This document shows, piece after piece, positions 14,075 to 27,377 of a stretch of 64,000 bases of DNA. Each line of letters opens with the position of its first letter. Within the stretch, counting starts at the first letter, position 1. The notes beneath the pieces are model-generated. The model was not told where the DNA came from. It ran no database searches and worked only from the letters and a program-made list of their open reading frames with translations. The translations under genes were made by a program, and so were the position numbers. Location of the stretch: assembly GCA_951406725.2 (NCBI GenBank), contig OX597814.1, positions 71,486,001 to 71,550,000 on the forward strand, given 5' to 3'. The DNA is from Octopus vulgaris (Eukaryota).

Positions 14075-16150
14075 CCATCACCAGCATAGATTAGTCATTA
14101 GTGATTTTAGACTCCAGGCTAGGAGGATGCTCAGAAGCAGACTAATCTGGAAAAGAAGGATTTGGAAATTTGAGGATCCTTCATGTGGTCAGAGATTTAG
14201 AAACATTCTAACTGAGAAATTTGATGAAAGGGAGGAGGAGCTACAATCTTGTGACACAGAGGGCAACTGGGAATTCCTGTCCTAGGGTAATGTGGTGGTA
14301 GAACAGGCCATTAGAGCAAAGAAACAGGCCTGAAAGGACTGGAAGAGTGGAGAGTAGGAACTGTATCAGATAGCCAGGAGAGAAGCTAAGCGACAGGTAT
14401 ATCTAGCAAGGAGAGAAGCAGAAAAGAAGAGGTTTGCCTATGTTCAGTGACATAAGAATCAAAGAACTGAAGTGTTTCAGGTTACAAGGCAGTGTGTGAG
14501 AGGAAATCATGATGTCATAGTAGAGAAATGTGTCTGCATGGATGATGGTGCACTTGCATTTAATGATTTTGCAAAGAAAGAGACTTGGAAATGCCATTAT
14601 GAAAAACTGCTGAATGTGGAGAATGAATGGGAGGAATATAATCTGCCAAATGTTGAGCCAATTGAGGGACCAGCTGCCCGAATTGACAGTACCTTCGTAG
14701 ATAAAGCAATTAAGGATATGAAGATAGGGAAAGTCCATCAGGAATCACTGCTGAGATGCTTAAAATATCTGGCAGTGTGGATTATGGTATAATCCCCTGT
14801 ACTGTAAATCAGGTGATCCACAAAGGAGTCATACCCAATGACTGGTGTACCTGCATCATAGTCAACTGCTACAAAGGTAAAGGTGATGGCTTAGATAGAA
14901 ATAATAGCAGAGGTATCAAATTGTTGGATCAGGTGACAAAAGTTATGGAGATACTCATAGCTCAACTAATTAGGGACAAGAGTTAGCATAGATGAAATGT
15001 AGTTTGGTTTTGTGCCAGGGAGAAGCACCAGTGATGCTATATTTCTGATAAGACAGCTGCAGGAGAAATACATAACCAAAGACAAACCTCTGTACTTGCT
15101 CTTTGTTGACTTGGAGAAAGCCTTTGGCAGGGTCCCCTGATCCCTCATCTGGTGGCCAATGCAGGGATATCCAAACTAGGGATAGATGAGTGATTGGGGA
15201 GAGTTGTACAAGTCATGTACAGGGATGCTACCACTAAAGTGAGGGTTGGCAATAAGTATAGCGAAGAATTCAGGGTACAAGTTCGGGTTCACCAAGGATC
15301 AGTCCTCAGCCCCCTCTTGTTCATCTAGTCCCCTGGGTAATATAGAGGAATTTAAGACAGATGCCCCCTGGGTGCTCCTCTATGCTGATGACCTTGTTTC
15401 TATAGCTGACTCACAACCAGAACTAGAGAAGAAGTTTCAGATATGGAAGCAAGGTCTAGAATCAAAGGTCCTTAGAGTTAACCTAGCAAAACCTAAAGTC
15501 TTAGTAAGTAGGAAAGCAGACAAATCACAAATCCTTTCAGGTAGATGGCCCTGCTCAATCTGTAAAAAAAGGCATAGGTAGAAACTCCATAAGATGCACC
15601 TGGTGTAAGCTATGAACACATAAATGGTGCAGTAATATCAGAAGAAGGCTAACAAGGAAACTAGCTTTTGTAGGTGGAAGGTGCACAGGTTCAATAAAAG
15701 CTGAAAATGTGCAGAAAATACAGAGGGCAAGCTAGAGGAAGTTGATAGCGTCCATTATCTAGGTGACCAAGTTAGTAGTGGAGGGGGATGCTCTGAGAGC
15801 ATAGTTGTGAGAATAAGATTAGGCTGGGCAAAATTCAGAGAGCTCCTATCTCTATTGGCAATAAAGGGCCTCTCTCTTAAAGTGAAAGACAGATTGCATG
15901 ATGCCTGTGTGCGAACAGCTATACTACATGACATTGAAAAATGGGCATTGACAGCTGAGGGTATGTGTAGGCTCGAAAGAAATGAAGCCAGTATGCTTTG
16001 CTGGATGTGCAATGTCAGTGTGCATGTTTGACAGAGTGTAAGCATCTTGAAAGAAAAGTTAGGCATAAGAGGCATCAGACGTGATGGACGAGGACAGCTG
16101 TGTAAAGAAGTGCCGATCTCTAACTGTGGAGGGAACCTGTGGAAGACGGA
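14075..16150 (+). pseudogene. Decayed RTE-clade LINE ORF (RT with stops and frameshifts)
   Basis: QHRLVISDFRL, GIKLLDQVTKVME, FGFVPGRSTSDAIFLIRQLQEKY, FVDLEKAF, QGSVLSPLLF, LLYADDLV, and a Cys-rich WPCSIC segment. Confidence 0.9.
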
Positions 16151-16789
16151 GACCCAGATCTTTGGCATTATGTTGTGCTTGAGAAGACCCATCAAGTCAA
16201 GCAAAATCACAGTTGTAAATGGCACTTGTGCCGGTGGCATGTAAAAGCAACCATTACACTTTCAGAGTGGTTGGCAGTAGGAAGTGCATCCAGCTGTAGA
16301 AAACCATGCCAAATCAAACTGGAGTCTGGTGCAGCCTTCCAGCTTACCAACCCCAGTCAAACTGTCCAACTCATGCCAGCTGAAGAAGACTAATCAAATT
16401 TATGATAACAAACGTATTTGAAAAGTCTCAAACCTAGGTACTAGATTATCTGATTCTGGGTTGTCCATTTATCTAATGTTCTTCCTAGAGCTAAGATGAA
16501 ATTTTTTATGTTTGCTGCCCTCACACGTCTTTGCCAGTATACATACAGTGAACCTTTACTATAGCGTCATAAATTTATCAACTGCTATTTCCAGTAAACA
16601 TTGGTGCCTTGTTGTAGTACCACTACTCTATATTTATACTTCTACCCTTACAGTGCTTTATTTGACCGGAAAGTATTTAATTTTTCACTGTTCTTGGTTC
16701 TGTTAACGGCTAGGCGTTCAGGTGAGTATACTGGCATTGATGTAGCAACATTTGAAATATTGTCCAGGTAAATCTAACTGAAGAAGGTG

Positions 16790-17663
16790 TGTGTTTGTGG
16801 AGTTGTTAGCTAACTCCTCTTACATCGTTTTACTGATTTTGATGAAACTTGACACACAAGTACAACTCATATCTGGAAACTTCATGGCATACACAGACTG
16901 TTGAAAAATATAGCCCCTGGACGGGATCCTTATATATATCTCAAATATTTTATTTTAAAAACCAAGGGAAATAACCCATTCGCCCCTGAAGGGGATCCTC
17001 ATATATAACCAAGGGAAATAGCCCATTCATTTCCTAAATTATTCGGTAAAAATGAAATTAAGTAGGCGTATTTCTTAGTATTTCAACTGTTAGGGTTATT
17101 TTCACAATTTATCCAGTACAACCCTTAAACAAGTAAATAGCATTTTCCTAAACAACAGATCCACCTATTTTAGTTAGTGACTCATTTATGAATATACCAA
17201 CACTAGCACCCCTAAGGGTAATATTCTGTGGGAATGCACAAAAGCCCTTTTCAGAGTTATTTACTTTGAATTGTTATTATCTCATATCTGATTAGCCTGT
17301 TATTATGTAACATGCTTCATGATTTTAGTATACATACCTTATTAGTATTTCCTCCTATGTTCTATATACTCTGGGAATGCATTAAAGCCCTTTTCGGGAC
17401 TACTTTATTTGAATTCTTACTATCGGGTAACTAATTTCATGTTATTACATAACTGACTTCACAATTTAGGTATTCATAACTTATTTGGAATTCCTAAGAA
17501 CAAGATCCTGTGTAAAACAGTTCAGTATTCTCTGTAAATGCACAAAAACTGTTTTAAGGGCTATATACCTTGTATTGTTGTTATTGGATTAGCAAAACAA
17601 TTATGAGAATGGAACCAAGGGATAAGCCCCACTTTTCTGGGAATTACCAGGTACGTCAGCTAG
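16790..17663 (+). mobile_element. Non-autonomous Helitron-like element with internal ~150-bp repeats
   Basis: Ends in a degenerate hairpin plus CTAG|T. GATTTTGATGAAACTTGACACACA motif is shared with the element at 25853-26238. GGGAATGCA.AAAAGCCCTTTT-like motif recurs at ~17230, ~17373 and ~17535. Confidence 0.6.
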
Positions 17664-17671
17664 TATGTATG

Positions 17672-17707
<36 letters not shown>

Positions 17708-19904
17708 TCTGCGTGAGAGTGTGCACACACACACGTGTGGCTTTCCACTGATATCAGTGTACTATTTCTGGTAGATGTTAGGTCTGGAACCCAGACAACT
17801 GGAAAAAGACACCGAGGAAAAAAGCCCAGCAGCTGAAACTAGCTCAAGATGGCTATGGTTGATAAGCAACCACAAGTGGAAACCTTCTAGGTGAATTGTA
17901 CAAGTACTGAATTAACTGTGTGTGTGTGTGTGTGAAACTGGTAAAATGAATATAATTTACGATAAAAATTTAGTTACATTTTGTTTAGAATACTGGAAAT
18001 ACAGTTCACAAGCATTTAGCACATCTGTCACTCACTCCAATTCTAGTTGTTGTTTCAGTTTCCCTAGACCAGCATGACCAATGTGAAAGTTTCAAATACA
18101 ACTAACAAAAAGTAGAAACACTGTTGGATAATTTAGAAAACACCCAACTGTTTCACTAAGCATTATGAGACTAATACAAGAAGTAAACAGAATGACTCCA
18201 GCATGTGTCAAATGATTTAGAAAGTGAATCTTATAAAGTGGAACAAATTCAACTATTTCAAATGCTAAACTGTTACTCAAAAACAAAAGAAAAGTATATA
18301 TACAAAGACACATAGCACTAATATTGTGCTGTAGCCGCTGGGTGTCATACATTAAAGAAATCTGTAGTTTTGTGAATTTAATAGCTCTATTTTTTTTTAC
18401 TTCAAATGAATACAATTGTATTTTTTTACCTTAATTTTTTTCAAGACAGAATGTTTTTTAAGCTAAAACTTACAAATACACTACTATATTGTTACAATGC
18501 AGATAATCAGTCTTTTCCCCAATATCAATTAATTGTTGAAATTATATTTATCCCAAACAATTTTTCAAATATCAGTAGATGTAAAGGGTAATGAATTTCA
18601 CTGGAATGAGAGATGCAATTTGAATAACAGATCTGTTGCTCCAGATATATAAATATAGTAGTAAATATAAATTTCCATATTCTTATCTTTGATTAGATTT
18701 TTTTCCCCCACAGAATTAAATTAAATTATTCTACTGCGTGTAGAAAACGTAAGGTTTGCTGGATTGAACATCTTAGACTCAATATGCTATATAACTGTCT
18801 CACATTGAGGAACATACTATTTCACTAATTCCTGAAATAAAACAATTTCAACTTAATTACAACTACAATGATCTATCACAAAATGAATATTATGAATGGT
18901 TGGAGTAAGAAAAAAAGCCATTTTTTTCAACATGCATTTTCATTTTTACCTCCCATTATCCCTATTGAGTTATATTTTTCTGCGGGCACTATTGAACATC
19001 ATCCTCAACCCTTCCAAAACACCATCCTTCACAAACGTCCTCTTTCTTATAAACCTTGAAGAGTTCAAAGAAAGCATTAGCTATTCAAAATACTCCAGTA
19101 AAAACAAAAGGTGTGTGTGTGAGGGGAGCCATAAGCATCACTTCTATACCTCCAAATATAAAAATAAAATCCAATACTAATATTATTGTGGTAGTGAAGA
19201 GTACGTCTATGATAAGGTGAGAGAATTACACTCTAAGTTATTGGCTTAAGAACATTGCAAACCTATCTGTTGGATAACAATTATTTCAGGACTTTTGTCT
19301 TCAATACATTTTAGTTGTGAGTGTATGCAGGAGTGAAAGAATGCAAAGGAAACTAAAAAATACATACAAAGAGTAAAGGAGAATAAGAAAGGAAAGGAAA
19401 AACCAAGCAGAAAATAGAACAAATAAAAGTGAAAAACCAATGACAAGCACATAAGGGAATGAAAAGTGTGGAAAAAAGAAAAAAAAGTAGAACAGGAGAG
19501 TGGGCAAGACTAACAAAGAGCTAGAAACAGATTAGTACAACAAAAAGTGTGCCAAAAGAAATAAAAAAATTTTTTAAATCAATGTAGGTGAGGTGAAGCA
19601 GAAAAGGAGGGAGACCTACAAATAACCAAGGATAGTTGGTTAGAAGTGGATAGAATGAAGAGAAGACAAATTTTTCTAGAATTTTGACAACATAAAAAAA
19701 CTACTAAGTGATATTATATACAGAATAACATTAATAAGAATGTTTTAATTTTATATATTATAAAATTACAATAATAATAAAAAATTGGGTGAGGTTTAAG
19801 TCAATCTAGCAAAAGAATTGAGAAAAGAGAAAAGCGGCTTATAAAAAAGAAAGTAAATAAAATAATAAATAATTATTTAGCAATAGCTTCTATCTAATTT
19901 ATTC

Positions 19905-19908
19905 TTAG

Positions 19909-19958
<50 letters not shown>

Positions 19959-19972
19959 TAGTAATAATAATA
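19905..19972. repeat. (AAT)n microsatellite at a SINE tail
   Basis: Direct reading. Adjoins a minus-strand SINE-like sequence at ~19975-20150. Confidence 0.9.
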
Positions 19973-20447
19973 GTTTCAAATTTTGCCACAAGGGCAGCAA
20001 TTTTGGGGGAGGGGACATTAACCCCACTGTTTAACTGCTACTTATTTTATTGACCCCCCAAAAGATGAAAGACGAAGTTGATCTTGGCAGAATTTGAACC
20101 CAGAACATAGTAACGGGTAAAATACTGCTAAACATTTCTGCCTTAAATAATAATAGTGATAAGAGCAATCAGAGAGTGCAAACCTCCACCAAGGCAACAC
20201 CAACATCCTCTCAACGAGTAGCCAGAGATGATTTTTAAAATGAGAATATCTGACTGCTCTCACAAATGAGAATACTGAAAATGAATCCAACCGCTCTCAA
20301 AAATTCAGTAAAAAGCTAGAAAAATAATCCAGAATCTTTGTCTGGTAGCAGATCGTTCCCAAAATCTAACCGGTTCATGTGAGTCACAAGGCCAAACAAG
20401 GTTCTTGAAATACCTTGTCCATGGACAAACAAACAAACACACTGAAA

Positions 20448-20615
20448 CACTGGCACAGGTGCTTTTCAGTGCAACTGACACAGGTGCCTTTTCTGTACAA
20501 CTGGCACAGATGCATTTTATGTGTCACTGGCACAGGTGCCTTTTATGTGTCACTGGCACAGGTGCCTTTTAAGTGACACTGGCACAAGTACCTTCTACAT
20601 GTCACTGGCACTAGC
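20448..20615. repeat. ~26-bp tandem repeat (CACTGGCACAGGTGCCTTTTATGTGT), about 6 copies
   Basis: Direct reading. Confidence 0.85.
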
Positions 20616-20714
20616 TATGATAATGATTTCACTTAGCTTGACATGTCTTCACAAGCACAGTAAACTACCAGAAGTTTCAGTGACTTGTCATCACCTCTGA
20701 GACTCAACAACGGA

Positions 20715-21360
20715 AGATTATATTTCAACACCTTGTTCCATATCTTCCTGGGCCTACCTCTTCCACAGGTTTCTTCCACAATTAGAGATCAACACTTCTT
20801 TATGCAGCTCTCATCCATACTCATCACATGACCATACCAGGGCAGTCTTCTCTTTTTGCACAGTACATCTGATGCCTCTTATACACAAATTTTTCTTAAG
20901 ACACATACACTATGTGGTAGATGCACACTAACATTGCACATCCATTGGAACATACTAGCTTCATTTCTTTCAAGCCTTCGCATATCCTCTACAATCACAG
21001 CCCACATTTCATTGGCATGTAGCATCATACAATCTGCTATTCTCTCCGAATAAAAGTAGCCCATTCTTATTCTACCAGCCATGCTCTTGGCTCATTGTCC
21101 TCTACTGCTAACTTGGTCACCTAAATAATGGAAGCTATCTACTACTTCTAAGTATCCTACTGGGTATTTGACAAAGTCTATTTTCAGTACATTCCTAGAG
21201 TTCATTGTACCCGCACATCTGCCATACACAAAGACTACTTTCTCAGTTAACCTTCCTCTGATACTGCTGCACTGGGTACACCTAATGGAATTTCTACATA
21301 TTGAGCAGGGCCATCTCTTTGAAGGGACTTGTGATTTGTTTGTTTTTCCACATACTAGAA
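20715..21360 (-). mobile_element. Decayed RTE LINE 3' fragment
   Basis: WAVIVEDMRRLERNEASMFQWMCNVSVH matches the 15807-16031 frame of the plus-strand RTE. Confidence 0.85.
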
Positions 21361-22062
21361 CATTGCATAATTTTTCTAATACATTTCAAATAGACAATGT
21401 CCTAAGCAGAGTGTTATTACAATAGAAACCTTTGTAACATCCTGCTTCACTTATAACAATTTAGCTTAATAATCTTGTTAGTCATGAGAGTCAACATTCT
21501 ATTTCAGCAATTCCAGGATATCCTATTTTCAATGACAACCTTCTATTGGCAATCCATAATCATTCTGTTTGTAGAAATCTGGTTATATCTACTTCTGAAT
21601 AAGAGAGACTGGATTTCTTCCATGTCTACTCAGACTAAAAAGGTTAGATAACAGTTGATGAACAGAAACAACAGAAAGTTGTAGGAAAAAAATAGATTGA
21701 AAGAATGTTTACAATTGTTTCTACAGCAACAGCCAAGCTGTCAGTCATATATCAGATGCTGTGCATTGTTTATATTATAATAAATTATTTTGTGCTCTTA
21801 TGAACATGTATTTGCCTGATCTACAAGTATCTCTTTTGCATATCTTCAAGTTGTGGAGATATACACATTTACGTATGTGTCTAAAGAGGAAAAAAAAGCA
21901 AATAATACAGCAGAGAGAGGGAGGAGTGAGGGGAGAGAAAGAGAAAGAAAGGGAGAAGTTGAGTAAGTGCAAAACTATTTAAAAAAAAAGATAAACTGAA
22001 AACAATGGAAAAGGAATAGAACATTTAAGAATATATTACAATTAAAATGATTTGACACTTAC

Positions 22063-22148
22063 TTGGCAAAGTCTACATAAGCCAAATGTCCATGGTAAAG
22101 AGCAGGCTTTTTCTCATTCCAGGTTGTTATATTATATACAAATCTCAT
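22063..22148 (-). CDS. HS2ST1: Heparan sulfate 2-O-sulfotransferase coding exon (MRFVYNITTWNEKKPALYHGHLAYVDFAK)
   Basis: 86-nt exon with TTCTTGTAG acceptor and GTAAGT donor. Phase 0 in, phase 2 out. Matches the HS2ST RFVxNITxW..KPxxYHGH..Y.DFAK block. Confidence 0.93.
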
Positions 22149-22301
22149 CTACAAGAAGAAAAAGTTAATAAAATATATATGTGATAAATTGCTTTTAAGG
22201 ACTTTCAGCATATGGCATGGACAAACAAAATGGGATGCGTAAATATATGTTTGAAAATATTTCAATATAAGATACTGAGAAAATATTAGAGGTGACATTA
22301 A

Positions 22302-22521
22302 TTCTTTAGCTTTCAGATTCTTCTATCAAATGTAATGACTACTTATTCACATTGTTTTGAAATTATCATGTTTTAACATGTTGCTTTGAGATTTTGATGA
22401 TGTGACTGTTTATTTATTAAATGACTTAGAAGTGTGGGTGTGAGAGGCTAGATCTGGTCAGTTTGAACACGGACATGGTAGAATATTTGGGCTGGACATG
22501 GTCAGTTTAAATGCTAAAGGG
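22302..22521. mobile_element. piggyBac-type MITE (TTAA target site)
   Basis: TTAA-TTCTTTAGC...GCTAAAGGG-TTAA. Reverse-orientation relative of 25561-25779. Confidence 0.7.
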
Positions 22522-25500
22522 TTAAATCAAGAGTTCTGAAGATAAACACTTTCCCTAATTTTTCCTGAACTATGGACATGTTCAAGCTGAACATCAACGA
22601 CATCAATTTCACCAGACCTTGAGAACCTGCAAAGATCACAGGTACTGTTCCCACTGTTTTGATTGATGTTAAATGCTATGAATATTTATAGATTCAGCCA
22701 AAAATATCCCAGACTTTTCAACTTTTATTTGTTAACATTTTAAATTTTGATAATTAACTAAATAAAAGTACTTTATAATACTTTTTAAATTTTATTTTCC
22801 ATGGTAATAAATCAATATGTTTGATGTTTGTAGAACTTAATACTTTCAAAGTACCCAATACTTTAACAAAGGCACATTGATATTTAACTGTTGGTGAAAT
22901 GTTATTTACAAATACAGGAAAAGATTTCTCCCTAAATATAAAATGGAAAATGGAAAAATTTTGAATGTGACAATCAAACATTGAAAAAACTTCAGCTCAC
23001 ACATTACCTTCAGGTTTGGAAAACTGACTAGTCAAAAATGTTTGTGAAGCAATCAGTATCTTTAATTGTAATGCAGAAGATGTTGAAAGTTGTGGATTGC
23101 AATAAACATTTGTGAATTCATCCCTGTATCAGGGTTACACATGCACACATTATTTTAAGACATATGAGGCATATGCAAATGGTATGAGAAACAATAAAAA
23201 TACAAAATATATTTAATGGATCTTATTTTCTTACATAAATTATAGCAAAATCTGGAAATGTATGAATTAATATCGTTTTCCACTTATGGTTTTGTAACAG
23301 ATATTACTACTTTTATAAAAGGTGAAAATAATTTTGTACTAAGCTTTCCTATGAAAACCAGACTCTAGCACTCCATTATTTATCTAAATCCATTCTGATA
23401 ATCCCTGACTAAACTTGACAGTGCTTCAATAACACCAAATATAAAATAAATATTTATTATAAAGAAATACAAAATAAAAACAAAACACTGATATCAGAAA
23501 TATGAATTAGTTTTATAAATACAATATCATACCATCCCATCTATTTTTGATCTTGCAGAACTAAGTAAATATGATAAGAAGGGAATATTGAAATTTTGCA
23601 GAGAGTCAGCCCTTCCATATGAAGTTCCAGAGTTTATTGATTTAAAATACAGAGCTGGCAGAATACAGAAGGGAAACTTGACTGGTAACAAAACTCATCA
23701 GGACATCCCTAACTACCCATTTCCCCTTGTTTTCAAAGTACATGGTAGTGAACAGATACAGAATAATATCATTTATCCCTCCTACCAGAAACGATGTTGA
23801 GGAAGGGGAGGAAATGAGGGGCATGCACAAGGTTATGTTGAAAGATGCAACAGATGTAGAGTAGTATAAATAAAATAAAGCATCTGTTTTTATCACCAAG
23901 CCAATTAGTCTATATCAAAAGACTCTGAAGAAGGGAGAGAGGCTGGTATCAGTTTACAATGAAATGGAGAGAATGAGGGAAGAGATTTAAGAGAATAAAA
24001 TACATAAAATATATTTAAAGAAAAACAGTGAAATTATAGTAAAAATATGGTAAATGTAAAAGAGAGATGGAATAATCTGAAAATATTGGCAAATAATACA
24101 AAGTGGAATGGGAGGTGGAGAACATTTCCTACTTTCCTAAAAGGCACAAGACTGTTGAATGAATTTGTAACTAAAAACTCTGAAAGAGTTGAAAAACAAG
24201 CTTTTACTTCAAATCAAAGGATTATGGCAGAACTATTTTCAACAACTTTGAGTTCTAAGTACAGTACTGAAAAGAGATATTACATCACAAATAACTGATA
24301 GTATGGAAAGTGAAGCAATGGAAATGGTCTGAAGTCCAGTTTCAGAATATTTACAATGACAGCAAGTTTACTACAGTGTACTTTGTCTTTGTTAAATTTG
24401 TGTACTTGATGAGAAATGATTGAGAAAAACAAAGTAACACAAACAAATTTGTCAGTTTTCTGCCTTGGCAAAGAAAGGACACACTTTCTTTGGTGGTAAA
24501 CTTAATTCCATTATCCTATTTAACCCTTGGGTGCTATTATTAGAGTCCATTCTGTTGGAAGCATTTAAGCCAGATCACTAGTCTGAAGATGACTTCCTCC
24601 CATCAGTTAGGGAGGCTCTGAAAAGGTGTCATTGGAAGATAAAAGATTTTAAAACTGTATCTGTTATACATAATGAGACTAGCAGAATAAACAAGAACAA
24701 AATAACTTTCAAATATGAGATGTTTTTATGAAATGAAGAGGGAAAACATCAAACAGCTTGCATGACTTGTATCACTACCAATAGGATTTCTAACATGATA
24801 AACTTCTTTACATTAATTATCAACTCAAACACATCACATTACATTTTCTGTAAGTTAGGAAGAATACAAACTATTTATTTAATTTGTAATTAACTGCAAA
24901 CATTACTTTTTTTTTTTTTAAATATATTTGACATGAAGAACAACTTTAGACTAAAACAAAGACTGTAAAATAGATAAACAAATAAATAAATAATCATAAC
25001 CGACAAACAATCAGCCTTGGTTATCTAAGCTAAAATTTTTTCTTAATTCACTTTGATGGATACATTTTGAAACTAGGGCCCAAGTTATTTACTTTCTAAG
25101 AAAGAGAAGCTTGAAATAAGTCAGATCTGTTCATAATAAATTCACGAAACTTCAAATTATTTTCATAAACTGCTAGATTTGATCAATGCGGTACAGGAAA
25201 AATATTGTTACAATGATACACAGAATTTCAAATTTTAAAAATTACCAAAGTTTTAAGAAGAAAATGATTCCTAAAATACCAGTACCAAATAATAATAATA
25301 ATAAGAAAACTGTATATAACTAATGAAATTCAGAAATTAAGTTGTGTTTAGTAACTTTCAATGCTTTGGATATGCAGTAATTTAAAATTAGATTTCAGTA
25401 CAGTGAATCTAATTAAAGTTACCATTCTCAGTATTTTTTTAAAATTTTGATTGGTTTTACAGAATAATCTATGTGCTACTCAATAAGCCTCTCAAAATGT

Positions 25501-25560
25501 ATCAACAGATGGTAAACTTAGAACAGTATTTCAAAAAAGGGGGCTATAATTCCCCCTTAA

Positions 25561-25779
25561 CCCTTTAGTATTTAAACCGGCCATATCCGGCCAAAATATT
25601 TAATCTGCCTTACGTTCAAACTGACCAGATCCAGGCCCTCACACCTACCCTACAATGCTATTCTACATTAAGTAATTACACCATCAAGATCTTGAAGATA
25701 TGAGATAATGCATGATTAATTCAAATCAATGGGAATCAATAAGCATTATGTTTAATAGAATAATCTGAACACTAAAGGG
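25561..25779. mobile_element. piggyBac-type MITE (TTAA target site)
   Basis: TTAA-CCCTTTAGT...ACTAAAGGG-TTAA: terminal inverted repeats with a TTAA duplication. Confidence 0.85.
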
Positions 25780-25852
25780 TTAAAGGCATTATAAAAAATT
25801 AAGGGGATAGTGTAAAATGAAAATGTTGAAAGTATTACACTTATATCACAAA

Positions 25853-26238
25853 CTAGCAGTATCGCCCGGCGTTGCTCAGGTTTGTAAGGGAAATAACTAT
25901 AAAGCATTTTTAGAGAGTTATAGCCAAAAAATAGCAAAAAAATGGAAAAAAATTATGGTAAATTTTTTTTTGAGAGTAAAAAAAGGTTGAGTTGCGTCCC
26001 CTAGACAGTCTGTGGTTTGTTTTTTTGATTCTCGACCCCATGTCGAATTTATCGATTTTTTTCAGAACTGGGGTTAACTTTTCAAAATTTTCGCTGCGTT
26101 AGTTTTGAATTATGACATTGGGCTATGTGTGTGTCAAGTTTCATCAGAATCGGTTGAAAGCCGTGGTCAGGGTGAGGGTACGAGAAAACAGACACACAGA
26201 AACACGCACAGACAAACTGCCGTTTATATATAGAGAGA
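25853..26238 (-). mobile_element. Non-autonomous Helitron
   Basis: 5' TCTCTCTATATATAAA, subterminal hairpin (CCCGGCGTTGCTCAGG on +), 3' CTAG. Inserted between A and T with no TSD. Confidence 0.8.
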
Positions 26239-26464
26239 TTATAAATGTAATTTAGTGCTAAGGGGAGCACAGATGAGTTTATAAAATCAAAACAGGGCCT
26301 TTGAACAAAACCTGCTGAGAATTGCTGTTGGTACTTTAAACAAGAGCTTCACAGCTATAAATTAAATGGATAAACTATAGTAAGGTCCAATGTATAAGCA
26401 TTCTTGAGAAATAAGAATTTTTCTTTTCATTTGACAGATATTTGTCCTCATCTTGTTTGTTGTT

Positions 26465-26510
26465 AACACAACATTTCAGCTGATGTACTCTCCAGCCTTC
26501 ATCAGGTGTC
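26465..26510 (-). ncRNA. Minimal type I hammerhead ribozyme motif (Penelope-associated, CpG-decayed)
   Basis: GACAC-CUGAUGA-AGGCUG..CAGCU-GAAA-UG-UU-GUGUU. Stem I is GACAC/GUGUU and stem II is GCUG/CAGC. Confidence 0.7.
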
Positions 26511-26567
26511 CTGGGAGAATTTTGAACCTGGGTTCTCATTCCTAAGGTACTTTTCCAATTATTATTC

Positions 26568-26641
26568 AGGTCACTGCCTGGAATCGAACTCGGAATCTTG
26601 GGGGTTAGTAGCCCATGCTCTAACCACTACGCCATATGCTC
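26568..26641 (-). promoter_or_regulatory. tRNA-derived Pol III cassette (A and B boxes) within the PLE terminal repeat
   Basis: A box TGGCGTAGTGG, anticodon-like arm GGG-CTACTAA-CCC, B box GAGTTCGATTCC. The B box is deleted in the right-arm copy (~27209-27270). Confidence 0.7.
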
Positions 26642-27331
26642 ACGGGCAAGTATGGAGTGAATTTTAGGGCTTATAAATTTAATATTTTCCTTTCCTTAAT
26701 ATCAGTTCCCATATGCTACTCATATCTGCACTCGGTCTGCTTAGGAGGTTATTATGTCCTAGCATATATGCTGCCTCTTTTAGTTTTCATATTTTCCAGT
26801 GGTGTTCTCTGTCTTTTATTTTAACTTCATCCCACAGGGGGAGGTGGTCTCCGTTTTTCCATACATGACCAGCTATACCCGATTTATCAATATCTCCTCG
26901 TGTCACAGCTTTGCAATGTTGCTCTACCCTTATTTTGAGGGGGTGACACAAGGAGATATTGATAAATCGGGTATAGCTGATCATATATGGAAAAACGGAG
27001 GCCACCTCCCCCTGTGGGATGAAGTTAAAATAAAAGACAGAGAACACCACTGGAAAATATGAAAACTAAAAGAGGCAGCATATATGCTAGGACATAATAA
27101 CCTCCTAAGCAGACTGAGTGCAGATATGAGTAGCAAATGGGAACTGGTATTAAGGAAAGGAAAATATTAAATTTATAAGCCCTAAAATTCACTCCATACT
27201 TGCCCGTGGGCATATGGTGTAGTGGTTAAGAGTATGGGCTACCAACCTCAAGATTCTGAGCAGTGACTTGAACAACAACAACATCAGAAAAATACCTTAG
27301 GAATGAGAACCCAGGTTCGAAATTCTCCCAG

Positions 27332-27377
27332 GACACCTGATGAAGGCTGGAGAGTACATCAGCTGAAATGTTGTGTT
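27332..27377 (+). ncRNA. Minimal type I hammerhead ribozyme motif (second arm)
   Basis: GACAC CTGATGA AGGCTG GAGAGTACAT CAGCT GAAA TG TT GTGTT. Confidence 0.7.

Noticed and set aside
20448-20615. CRISPR-like array (also 46307-46575)
   Set aside because: Direct tandem units without unique spacers, no cas genes, and a eukaryotic context.
23018-23124. AG..GT bounded cryptic exon between HS2ST exons
   Set aside because: Immediate in-frame stop and no homology.
26568-26641. Functional tRNA gene (ACT anticodon)
   Set aside because: No proper acceptor stem, and it is embedded in a repeat. Treated as a tRNA-derived cassette.
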